Shown here: in pieces, positions 47,106-59,235 of the stretch
Numbering within the stretch: the first letter of the stretch is position 1
Layout: the number at the start of each line of letters is the position of its first letter
Notes under the pieces: model-generated
What the model saw: only the letters and a program-made list of their open reading frames with translations
The model's database searches: none
What the model was told of the DNA's origin: nothing
From: Podarcis liolepis
Lineage: Eukaryota
DNA length: 64,000 nucleotides
Reading direction: 5' to 3' (one strand)
NCBI GenBank assembly: GCA_965112155.1
Contig: OZ218102.1
Position numbers and translations under genes: made by a program

Positions 47106-49382
47106 CAAAATGTGTTTTTAACACCTATTTGCATAACAGTATTATAATACAATTTTTATTTTATTTATGATCCCAGCATTCAGTTTCACAGAGGAGGAAA
47201 AAAATGGTGGATTAGCTTCAATGTGGTCAAATTCCAAACTACAATCCTTTGATTTCATATTTTCACCACAGAAATTATTGCTTTTGTGTCCCCCAGGTAA
47301 TCCAAGAACTGGATATCTCAGTGACAAGGGAGCAAAGGACAGCGATTAAAAAATACACTTGTCACAGAAGTTTGTGATAAAGTGTCTTGATAAAATCAGT
47401 GGAGTATTCCTTCTCTTTCAGATGTAGGCCATTTATTGTAGCATCTGTTTATAGTCAGATAATTTCTGTTAAAACACACTGCTTTCTTCCAACATCCTTC
47501 TCAGGGTTTTAGAATCAGTATCTTTGCCCACTGGTTACAACCTTATCACTTATGCACTTCTGAGATAACAACAGAATCTGAAACATGTTCAGCTCCTGAT
47601 TCAGTCTACTTTTTTTTCTTTTATGCATTCCTCTCCCATCACTGTGTTTTTTAACAAAGCACTAGGTATCTTGCTGGGTGTAAAAAAATATTTGGCTGCA
47701 TACTCAGCTGCCTTAAGGAACTGAATTTTATTTAGCACACTTTGTTGACAGCCTTGCAATATAAGTGTGGGATAAACAGTTACACATTTATATGGGTTAA
47801 ATGTTAAGTATCAACTTTATTTGGGCTCATAGCATTCCCAAAGTGATAAAAAATAAAAAAGCTTTCTTCCCTCATGATTATATTCTATGTATCCATACTT
47901 TGTGACTGCTTAAAAACCTATTATGTCATTATGCAGTATATACAGTAAGTAATAGTAGTAGTAGTACTAATAATGATGGTGTATTCTCCTCCACAAAGGG
48001 GAAGATTCTTCTGTGACATTTCATACCCCTTTCTCACACTCTGCATGTGTTCCAATGGTGTGAAGATTTCATCAAAAGGGATTTAGAGTAAGTTAAATTG
48101 CAGTTAACATAAGAAGAAAAATGAACAGCATGTTATTGGGACCTAAATTACTCCAGCACTGTGAAAACTAACTTTACAGCAGGATACCTACTTTACGTTG
48201 ATAATTAAGGAGGAGGGAATCATTCAGTGCTTGCCCCCACCCCACGTATCTTAACTAGAAGAGAGCAAATCAGTACAACCCCATACATTAAATGATGTAC
48301 AGCACAGCCCTATCTGTTCCCCCAAATGACCGCTGGCCAAAACACCAAATCGCTCTATGTTTGGTAAGCATTAGAATGGATTCTACACACAAGGGGGAAA
48401 CCTGGGCCAATCTGGAATGCTCCTTGTGCAATGTTTATACATGGCTGAACCAGGATCCACCCCTTACATGCAGAACACCTCATGCTTGCTGAACATGTGG
48501 CTGAGAATGATACTTTTGGGGGTTGAGGCTATACAGTGTGACCCTATAGCCCCCTCACATGTTTTTAAATGTGGGCGGTTAATCTGAATCCCAACCTCAT
48601 GTATAGACTTGAGGTAAGAAGTAAGTAGGAAAGGTTTCAGAAGTGTGTGAGGCCATCATAATGTTCTATTCTACCATCCCTGTATAATTATTCTCTAAAT
48701 AATATCCTAATAAATTGTTACATTAATTTGGAATCATCATTAAAAGTAATTTAACTGGGATTTATTTGATTCTAATACCACACAGAGAGAGAGAGGGTCA
48801 AGAGTTCTGTTTACTATTTATAATCAACTTGTTTTTTCCCTCTGTGCTGTTTGTTTGGTTTAGCCTCTCATTTCCTCTCCTTACTGTATTAATAAATGCA
48901 GTGGAGTATATCTTACCTGACAGCTGTGAAGTGCTGCCACAAAAGCACTTATGGGGTACATATATTTTTAGCATATAAAAATCCATCCTATGAATAACAC
49001 AGGCTCATTAGTAACAAACATTATCATGGGGAAAATAATGAATGATACAATGAAACCACTGCCTGATCTTGTTTGCATACTGCAAAACTGGTTGTGTCCC
49101 CTCAAGGAATGTCTTCCTGTCAAAACATATAACTCTACAAAGCCAAACAACCACGGGTGGTCATTTAAAGATTCATGTATGAGTAGGATGGAAAACAGAA
49201 AGACGATCCATTTGTTGTTTTAAATATACAACCACTGAAAGAATTTGTGTCTAAAAATATGTGTTTCCTCACTGAAGAAGTGAAGAAACAGATGGAAAAC
49301 AATATGAGCAGCTTTAAGTACAGAAAATAAAGCTTCATTTTAGGACGCATTTTAAGTTCACCTAATCTCAATGTCTCTCCAG

Positions 49383-49621
49383 GTTTTGTTTCCCACGTGG
49401 AACCAATGCATCAGAAATTCTCTAGTGCAGACAGCACAAAAGAGACAGACCCGATACTGGATTTTAAAAGGCCACAGATTTATGTAATAAACAACAACCA
49501 GGCCAATGGTGAAGAAAGGACTGGTTTGGCTCTCCAGCCACAAATGACCCATGAGCCCTCTGGTCAACCTGAATTGTTTATATTTGGGCAAGGGGACCCT
49601 CCCACCAAGGATGAGCAATGA
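49383..49621 (+). CDS. Candidate terminal coding exon of an unidentified protein
   Basis: Branch-like ctaat plus tgtctctccag acceptor, then a phase-1 open frame (G)FVSHVEPMHQKFSSADSTKETDPILDFKRPQIYVINNNQANGEERTG...DPPTKDEQ-stop with hydrophilic, protein-like composition; no upstream partner exon identified. Confidence 0.35.
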
Positions 49622-50206
49622 TCTCTTCAAGTCTCCTGAGAACCATCATCCATATATTACCCTTGCTATCCCTGGAGAAATCACAGTATCCGCTGCTGTC
49701 TGATCACTTCCCTATAATCCAACTATTTATGTGTGTGTGTGTTCTTTTCCACCCAATAGCTCCTACTCCAACGCTGAATCACCTGCTGAGTTGTACTAAG
49801 AATTCTCATATATAAATTGGCTCCATTCTGAACCCTCCACCAGTGTCTGGGGAGGATGGAAAACATATTCTACCACATGTGATCCATTTAAAAGTATTTC
49901 CCTGAGAGAAAAATAGGGCACATGCTCCTGATAACAAAAAAATAGGGGGGCAGGCATGAAGCCTGAGTGGCTCAAATTAAGTGGAAAGGGGTGAAGGAAA
50001 CTGGTTTAAATAGCCCCATTCCTAGTTTATGTTTAATTTCTGACAATGCTTAGGAACTCCTAACTACCACAGTATTTCAACTTGAAATGTCGTTCACTGA
50101 TCACCACAAATCCTCATGCTGCACAGTAGAGATGAGAGGTCTTATTCTACTTTTTCTTAATGTTGTTATTTGTATTATTTCTGAATTTTGTACAAAGCAC
50201 TGTATA

Positions 50207-50448
50207 CAGTGGAACCTCAGGTTATGTACCATCCTCTTTACGAATGCTTCAGGTAACGAGCTCTGCTAACCCAGAAGTAGATGCCCCTAGTTGCAAACTT
50301 TGCCCTGGAATGCCAGCGGAAGTCACGCGCCGGTGGCACGGCAGCAGTGGCAGGTGCCATTAGCGAAAGCATGCCTCATCTTAAGAATGGCTTTGGCTTA
50401 AGAACGGACCTCCGGAACAAATTAAGTTTGTAACCGGAGGTACCACTG
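50207..50448. mobile_element. Tigger-like MITE, family A
   Basis: ta|cagtggaacctcaggtt...aaccggaggtaccactg|aa. Confidence 0.85.
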
Positions 50449-51564
50449 AATTTCAATTTTCCACTGTGTTCATATTAATATACACATGTTCCCACATTTT
50501 TTTTAAAAAAAAAAAAACCTGATGTGAACAATACATAATAAGTAAGCCTCCTCTTTTTTAATAATATTGGTGTGGCCAGAGCAAATAAAGAGGCCCCTCT
50601 TTCTTGTATTTTGTTCAGCTAATACATCATGCTTTTTTCAGTGAATACTAATACTGCGCCATGTTACAGATTTCTTTCAATATTAAGTGGGATATAATTT
50701 TATTCCCCCCCCCCAACACGGTCCTTTTGGACACAGAAGAGGGCAGAACAGGAGCAGGGCAAGACATAATGGGGGGCATCTATACGCGCTCCACTGACAT
50801 GTGCGGGGGCCAGAAATGGAACCCCTCGCTTGAAATGGTCATTGCCTGAACCACTTATCTACAAATGCAATAAATAAAAATAAATGTCTCGTAAGTATTG
50901 TACAAGAAAATACAGGAAAAGCTAAAAATTATTTAAAAGTAATATTGATGTGATTTTATTCTTGACTACACCAAGGTTCTTTGCATGCCATGTTTATTGA
51001 CACATGTATATCAATGAATCATCCCTAAATTTGGTGTGTAATTCAAAATTAATTCAAGTGGCTATAGTTATCTGATGCTTTTTCATAGAGAACTGATTAA
51101 AAACAAAACAAAATTCGCAAAAAATAAAATGTAAGTGCCACTTAATGTATCACAAAAGCCTTACAGGAAATCCTTTCATTGTCGGGAAACAATTGATTTA
51201 ATTTGGCTGATAAGGTCAAAATGATCAGCAAGTCATCAGAGCATTATGGATCAAGTTTTTCATTAGATGATTAAAAAGGGAAGTTAAGCATTTCTGTGAC
51301 TGTTTCAACTGCTTGCAAAAACAAATTGTTATTACTGTACTCTGTAAACACTGTAAAGATGTTGCTTGAAATATTTATCTCACTCTTTGCAAGTTTATTA
51401 GGAAATATTGGCACCAGCTGTCTTTCCTGTGTGATTAATTCATCTCAGCTCATATCCATGGTTAGGTTGCTAATTCTACCTTTCTTCCTGGGGAAATCTG
51501 TTACCCATTAAGAGGTACCAACTCTGAGACATTAGATTATAGCAGGAAAGAGTAGGAATCCTGG

Positions 51565-51690
51565 CAGTGTTTGGAAAACTTAACTAGTTCTAGTTCACTC
51601 TGTCTAAAAAGGAACTATTTCCAGTTCACCCTTTTACAAAATGAGTTAGTTCAGCTCAAGTTCATAAAAAGTTGATTTGAAGAAGAAAAA
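51565..51690. mobile_element. Fragment of hAT family with AACTAGTTC repeats
   Basis: cagtgtttggaaa...aactagttctagttcac...agttcagctcaagttca, similar to the 40623 left arm. Confidence 0.5.
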
Positions 51691-53484
51691 TCAGAATTCA
51701 GTATTCAGAATGTTACAAACGTCTACACTGAAATATAGGTTCTAAAAGTAAACCAGGAACCACACACAATTTATAAGATGTCTCACAGACAGAATGTCGG
51801 CTGGTGAAGCTTATTCATGCCAAGTATGTGATTAATAAAATGTGGGGACAAGTACTTCTGGTACGTTGGTACTGCATGATTTGCTTCTCCTAATGCCTTG
51901 AAGAGGGGGTAATTATCCCTGGCTTTATGTCTGAACCAGGGATTGAGCTTGTTTCTTTTCTTACAAACCGATATGTGTAGCCAAGGCATGATAGCATGGA
52001 GGAGCAAGGCAGACACGATTGTTGTGTTTGTGGTAAACAATAAAGTGTGACTTATTGTGATGGAGGAAATGTGATGGGCATTAGTGTGACATTGAGCCAG
52101 ATGTTATTAATTATTCCAAACCGCTAGCATTTGCCAACAATTTAATTGGCTGACTTTAGCAGCATTAACAACTCTAGTTTTTTTTGGGGGGGAGGGGGGA
52201 ATAATGAAAACTTTCATACTTCACAGTCTTATTATCATAGTAAAGAGTCAGAAAGGTACCCAAACAATCTCAGTCCTCATCAGGTGCCTTTATGGCCCCA
52301 GGGCAAACACAGCATTGCTGGGAATATAAAACGGGATAAACCAACTTCAGTCAGTTGTCTGTCAAGTTGCTAACCAAAGTCGCCCAACAAAGGTGCTAAA
52401 CACTCCTTTGGGGCTCTGCTTCACAGCAGGTTTCATCTCCAGTTCAAAGACTGCTGCCTAAAACCTACACACAGTTCTGAACTCGACCCTTTTTCAGATT
52501 GACATTATACTTCCTTCCCTTTCAAATTTACTGGAAGAGGCTTTAAAGAATATATTGACAATATGCATTTCTCAAAGGGGCAGCAAAATGACCTCTTTTG
52601 CAACCTCTTTATAAGCCAAGCATAGAACCTATGATCATTAGATGAAAAGCAGCTCGCTGCTCCTGACATTTCTAGAGTCTAGGCTCCCTGAAATCTGTAA
52701 TGAGCCCAAGATGTGCCTTGCAAAAAGAAGCTCAAAAGTTGCAGAGATTCATTGAAAACTGTCTGCATTACAGAAGGATCATTTGATTGAGGATGGTCAC
52801 TAAGCAACTCGTACTAGGCAGAGCTGAAATAAAATTCTGAAAATCATTCCAACTATTTATTTTTTTACTCTTTCTGTTTAGATAAGCTATCTATTCTGTT
52901 GAACCAGGGGAGTTAAAAATGTGGTTTTCTTGTCTGGCAATAATTGATGGCTGCAGGAGTGAAAATTTGAACAAAACATCCAGCTGAATACAAACAACAG
53001 TGCTTATAATATTTAAGAAGTATGCCAAAACCTTTATGAAAGAAGTTGTATTGCATTGCTTACTCATTTTAATTGGGATTTTGAAAAAATATCAGACTAA
53101 TAACGTTTGCAGAGCCAACGCTGGTGAAAATAATGGGAAACTGATGGATGACGGTGGGTCTGCTTTGCCCAGTTCAAGTGTGGAGAAGCTGCACGGGCTC
53201 AGAAACTTATAACGAGCAACGCTAGCAAAAAACAAAACTGTAAATTTTCACACATGAAGTGCTGATGTTGTAAAGTAGTTCATGTTGCCACAAAATTCCT
53301 GTGCTGACGAAGTAGTGGATGCCCTGTTCCTAAAATTACTGCACTATTAGATGCAGCTGGTACATGTCTCAGCAAAAGCCAATCACACCTTAATGTCACT
53401 GTAACATTGCTAAGCATTTGCTTCAGCAGGATGGTGAGCATTCAAGACCTTACCATCAAAAAAGTTGATGTTATATACCATAAC

Positions 53485-53770
53485 CCCTTCATGGATCACT
53501 GCCTTGTCGTGGCGAAAGGGCTTGAATAACTCCAAGAAGCTAAGAGCTTTGCCATGTAGGGCCACCCAAGACGGACAGGTCATAGCCGAAAGTTTAGACT
53601 AAATGTGATCCACCTGGAGAAGGAACTGGCAAACCACTCCAGTATTTTGCCAAGAAAACTCCATGGACATAAAAAAGGAGAAGCTTTGAGAAGAAAGTGA
53701 GAGTTTCCAAGGCATGATCTGGTTCATGGGGTCATGGAGAGTTGAACACGACTAAGACAACTAAACAACA
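53485..53770 (+). mobile_element. Bipartite Bov-B-derived non-autonomous retroposon (5' UTR fused to 3' end; Bov-A-like)
   Basis: Bov-B 5' region atggatcactgccttgtcgtggcg...ggagaaggaactggcaaaccactccagtatt joined to 3' end tggttcatggggtca..gagttgaacacgactaa..caacaa; TSD atataccataac / atataccacaac (11/12). Confidence 0.85.
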
Positions 53771-53964
53771 ATATACCACAACACTTTCTGTACTTCATTC
53801 AGGTGTTAATTCTTAAGCACACATTTAAGCATTTCACTGAATTAGCCTACATTGTTCCTATTTCAGGTCTAATTTGACAGTCATAGTTCCAGAAAGATTA
53901 AAATCAAATGGTAACAAGTCTCCAGATAATTTAATTATTGTGGTAGGAACATGCTAGCTAGGTT

Positions 53965-53965
<1 letters not shown>

Positions 53966-54006
<41 letters not shown>
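53966..54006. repeat. (TTA)n microsatellite
   Basis: Read directly. Confidence 0.95.
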
Positions 54007-54007
<1 letters not shown>

Positions 54008-54134
54008 ATATGGAAAACACTGTCAAGTTTTTAAAAGATTTGTCCCACCAATTCACTTTCTTTTTTCTTCTGCAGAAGACAACACAAAATCAGGACACAA
54101 TTATTTAGTTAAAATCACTCAGGACCAAATCTAG

Positions 54135-54420
54135 GCATGGGGAGATAAAGTATGCATAAAAATGCATGCATTCATGAAAATAATATACAAACTGCATTGT
54201 GTTGGGGGGAATGCTTGCAAAAGTGTGTATATTACATAACATTGCCCAGAAAATTGTGTATATTAGGAGAAATGTCCACTAAAATGCTAATGCATTTTCA
54301 AGAGGACTCTCTCTATTTAAAAAAAAAATGCAAACTGACATGAAGATGTGGCAAACAACTTAAGATTTTAAAAGAGTTTTAAAAACAAGAAGCAGAGAGA
54401 AACAGAAATTCTTATATCCT
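54135..54420. mobile_element. Deleted copy of the 37491/35176 hAT-like family, opposite orientation
   Basis: atgcttgcaaaagtgtgtata..taggagaaatgtccactaaaatgct is the reverse complement of ~35570-35650. Confidence 0.65.
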
Positions 54421-55472
54421 AATGTGATCTAGACACTTGTGACTGACATGTCAAGGAACATGTACCAGTATCAGTTGCTTATCTAAAAGTATAAACGCTT
54501 GATCTTATACAGATAATATAAGTTCACCTGAAAGAATAGTTCAGCTCTTAAGAAGTTCACAGGTGGAAATTAAATCCTGGACGTCCAAGTTTACATCTTG
54601 GCATTCCTTTCTAGAGACGATGCAAAGTATATTATACCTTTTATAACTAATTTTACTTGTTGTCACCATAAGCTTAAATTTGTCTCTTCTTTGAGTGTTT
54701 GCATTTACCGGCCCAATGCTACTGCAAAGGTAATCCCTCACCTGCTTATGCATAAAGCCCATAATTAATATTTATTCCCAAAACTTGGGGTGATTGCTTT
54801 CAAGCTAATGTCACAAAATCACAGACTATTCATCAGAGGATTTCAAGTTTCAATTGCTACATCTAATTAACCTTTGCAAAATTTTGACACAAGTAGATAG
54901 ATATATTAGCATAGATTTGATAGAAATAATATTTTGCCCCTGCATACCAAAGGGCTATCTAAGAAGCAACTGCATTAATATTTTCTCACTAAAAACCCCT
55001 TCTTTTAATTACATCAACTTGATTATGTCTCAACAAGCACTTAATGATTCAACAGACTCACCCAATTAAAATGACCTATGGTGATTGTTCCTGAAGAAAC
55101 AAACCCCCAAAATGAATTCTTGGGGGAAAGGGATAGAACGAGAAAAACTACTAAATTTCATTATTTTAATCCAGATCTTGAACGCTTAATCAGTCAAGCA
55201 TACCATGGAATTTAATTTTCATATTGCTCCGGAACAGGACTCTAGCCCTTGAAGGGACTGCAGTGAAATGCACCCAGACACTTCACTTTCAAAAGTTATC
55301 AGAAATGGCTCCTAAGCCTTGCTCAGCTTTGCTATAGAAATTCACCTGAGGACACTTGTCTTGCCCTGTATTCTTCAATTGCAATAAACCTTATTAAAAA
55401 AAGAAGCAGGCAGAGACTGCTGACTGGCTGGTGCTATTAATCACTCCCCTTGGCTGTGCTCTGAACTCCCCC

Positions 55473-55517
55473 ATTCATTCATTCATTCATTCATTCATTC
55501 GTTTGTTTGTTTGTTTG
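55473..55517. repeat. Compound (ATTC)n(GTTT)n microsatellite
   Basis: Read directly. Confidence 0.9.
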
Positions 55518-55609
55518 TGTTGCAATACATATATGATTTGAACTTTTTTCTTACTCTTTTGTTATTTGCCTTGCTTCCTGAATCCTCCTGGGTCTATCGG
55601 CCCTTGTAT

Positions 55610-56000
55610 GTTATTTATTTACTGGAGATTATACTGCTTGCTATAATATAGAAATCTCTAAGAGGCTTACATAAAAACAGTAAAAATACAACTGTATTCA
55701 ATAAAATTCCCTAAAACCAGATAAAAACAAAGTAGAACTGTATGTCTGTGGGTTTTGTGGGGTTTTTTGACATATGTAACGTAAAATAATCAACTGATAT
55801 TTTGTAAATAAAACTGAGCAGTGTAGAAGATAAAACATTAACAACTAAGAGTGAGAGTCCTTGAAAGTTTGGGTACAGATTCCTCAAGGGTTGGCATTCA
55901 AGGTGGGTGCTATCGTCATGAAGACCTGCTTCCATGTTGTCACCAAGTGACAATCTGCTGACTATAAGCACAGGGTCTCATCAGAATCACTACCCTGGTC
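55610..56000 (-). mobile_element. L2 LINE 3' remnant
   Basis: Reversed L2 tail ttatttattt..aagaggcttaca and ggcattcaaggtgggtgctatcgtcatgaagacctg (reverse of the RAFSVxAPxLWNA region). Confidence 0.55.
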
Positions 56001-58714
56001 TGGAACTTCTTCTCATTTGGGGCAGGAGCATGGGGTAGTGCTGCTCAGTAAGTCACTATGTGGCCAAGAAAGAGAGCAGAGAAATGGTACAACAGGGAAC
56101 AGGTAAAGGGATAGGGAAAAGCCCCTCTATATATGGCACCTTGTGCTCCTTAGTGGGACAGCAAAATACAATTCAGTCAACTTCTTCTTTTGGGTATCAG
56201 GAAGCCAGCTACATTGCCATAAACCTACTTCCTTTCCACAGATACACCGATCTTTCTATCTAAATAGCAGTCTCAAGTGTGGAGTGTGTGTGGCTAAAAC
56301 GGCATCCTCCACATGTAAGAGGGAGGTATCAATAGGCTTGGGAGAAAGTCATGGTTGCAGAACTACAACATATCTTTAGAGGGAAAACTAAATGCAGGGG
56401 AGGCAGTTGTACTATGGGGAAGAATTATCTAGTCTAGCTTCTGTCTGGATTCATACCCACATCCATCCTGGTGGGATGGTCATATTTTAATCGGCTTAGG
56501 TGAGTTGGAAAGAAGGAAAGAAAGGAAGAGTTGCCCCAAACAGTTTTCCAAGAATCAGTAAAGAAAGTCTATTCATAAATGGAGGGGTGGCAGAGATTCC
56601 AAAAATAATCCAGGGAGGACTGAGTGTGCTCACTGGCCACAAAACTTTAACCGGCTGTTGCCACAGGCGGGGTAGAGCAAAGAATGGGACATAAAAAACA
56701 AATGGAAAGGGGAGCAGAATGGAGTACCATAAGGGGCATCTCAAGAGACTGTGGTGCCTGAGTTAGGAGGAGGGAGCCACCCTTCACACTCTTCCTCCAT
56801 TGTGGAAAGTGTTTATAATCAAATTGTAAGTCAGAAACAGCACAGATAGCATCCCCACATGCTACATGTTGCTGGAACAAAGGTTGAAACTATTCTGAAT
56901 GGCAGTACTGCAAGTATGCATATTTGTAAGATGCAGCAGAGATGCTAGTAAAAATCCTATATACAATGCTAGAGAGTAAGTTGTGGTTGGTACATAGCTT
57001 TCAAACAGGGATGTAATCAAGAGTGGTGAATTAGCCAGACCGACATCTGTCAATTAGGCAAATTGCTTTTCATCCCAAGATCTTTTAAACTGTTGACTCA
57101 CAAGGCATTTGGGCTGAAAATCTTTGAATAAGGCAGAGTTTTAAAAGATGTTAGTCATCAGCTGTATTCATTTTTCTTGCTTGTGATTTAGACAGAGGTG
57201 AAGCTGTTTGTATAAGAAAATAAATGTGCATAATTGCAGTGTTTTGTGACTGAATATAGAATGATTTGAGACTCTTCTAATTGAAGTGAAACAAGGGAAA
57301 ATTACTTTCTCTTTTTTTCTAGAAGGATCATACTTCAGTTAGTGCTATTTCACTCACCATAAAATCAAGTCAGCGTATCAAATGAATGTTTTCTAATTTC
57401 CATTATCAGAAACCAGAACCATTACCAGAGTTTCACTAAAGCCTCTAACCTGCCTTTACAACCTGTGACCACAAAACCAAATGCTACCAGTCATGTATTA
57501 CTTACAGCTGAGTGATACCTCCCCCTGTCAAACAGCAGAAACAAGTGGTTTATCAAGCCCTATGGCTAGCAGGCTGCCATTTGCTTGAAGGCTCACAAGT
57601 TGGGCTAACCTAGTTTTAACTGAGAATAATTCTTAAAGAAAAACTTATAAATGAAATAATTCGATCAACAAAACCAAATAATCATATTTCCAGTATTTAA
57701 TTATCAGCCACAATGGACTACAAAACAAACTGCTGGATAAAGTGTTTGTATTTTCTCATACAAAGCTATGGTTTAAAATAAACATACCGTTCCTTATTAA
57801 ATATAATGAAGTCCAAAATTAGTGTAGAATTCAGTAATATGCCTTCTAGCGTGGGGAAAATAGTGTTCAAACATGGAGTTTGGGTCCTGTTTCTGCAGTA
57901 GATGCCATGTAAGTGGAACCATGAGCCTCAACAGATTATTCAAGAGCGGTGTAATGTTTCAGAAGGGTAGAACCTGGAGATAAACATGTTTATTGAAATA
58001 ATACAGGTTCATCTATCTCTCTTGCAGACAGTACCAGAAATCATATTGCTTTGACATGTCCTCGAATACCAGTGCACTAGAATATCCAAAGCACCCACCC
58101 AATGCATGTGCAGCCAGCCAAGCCCTAGCAAAAACCAATGGCACCTTCTGCAGTGGGGCTGTGATGGAGGACTCCCTTATGCAGAAAATATGTCAGTGAC
58201 AAAAAACAAGGCACCAGTTGCCAGAGGTAAGAGCATAGAGAAGCAGTAGCAGTGCAGCAGTGGGTCAGCCCTAGAAGCATGAGACCACTATCCAAATATG
58301 GGTTGAGCCAGACTTTGCCTGCTGCAAATGGAAAGACTCATTTCATCCACAGAATACTTTTAATCCAGCACAGGGATCCCACTGGTGGAGGGGTAGAAGC
58401 AACTTTTGTGGAGCTTCCCCTTCCCCTGTGGTTACAGTGTCATATCCCACATGGTTTCAGGCAGACCCCAAAGGCTTCAGGACAGTGTTGGGAGTGATAT
58501 TGGGGAAAGAGTTGCCTCCAGTGGTGGAATCTTCCCCTGGGGAGAACCCCACTTGCAAAATATTCCCACTGGTGGGAGCAAAGCCTCATCGAATCCTGGA
58601 CGTTTTATTTCGGCACTAAACCAAATGAAACTGTATGGCAAAGTAAACCAAATATTATGCCAAGGAAATCAAAATAATCGTACCGGATTTGTTTATGTTG
58701 CATAATTCATTCTG

Positions 58715-59235
58715 TTTCAGCTACTCAGCTTTGGTTGGCCCGGAGGCTACAGATGGTGCGGCTTGGGTGGTATATAGTGCTTCATATCAAACACATATCA
58801 TGCCAGTGCTAAGGAATCTGCATTGGCTTCCTCTTAACCAATGAACCATTTCTAAAGCTCTGCTACTTCCATCCATTCAGTGTATTACCCAGTGTTTTGC
58901 CATGAACTGATGGTTATCAGATTGTGGTAACAAGGCAGGCTATTTCACCAGTGGCACCAATGTAGTGGAACGACTTCCTTGCTTCAGGCCCCATTTCTCC
59001 TGTTTAGCAAGCATTCCCCTGAATATGAACTCCTCAATCTAAATGTTTCGATTGTTCTTTTAACTGTTTTAACTGTTATACTGTACGTTGTAATGGGCTT
59101 GATTTACTGTATAATTTAATTACAGATGCTTTTTCTGTTTTGATGGAATTGTTTATTTCTGCATTTTAATTATGTACGCATATTTTATGATTGAATTTAT
59201 ACTTGTAAATGCTTAGAAGCAGTATATACATTAAT
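58715..59235 (+). mobile_element. L2 LINE 3' remnant
   Basis: RRLQMV, HIMPVLRNLHWLP, PVAPM.WNDFL motifs, then T-rich UTR. Confidence 0.75.

Noticed and set aside
49570-49600. FIFGQG as an Ig/TCR J segment
   Set aside because: Lacks the following T-x-L-x-V, a downstream donor and an upstream RSS
55405-55460. Second LF-SINE fragment on the minus strand
   Set aside because: Similarity too short and weak to support
58028-58226. Exon-like interval with good acceptor and GTAAGA donor
   Set aside because: Stops in all three frames; could only be non-coding and has no other support
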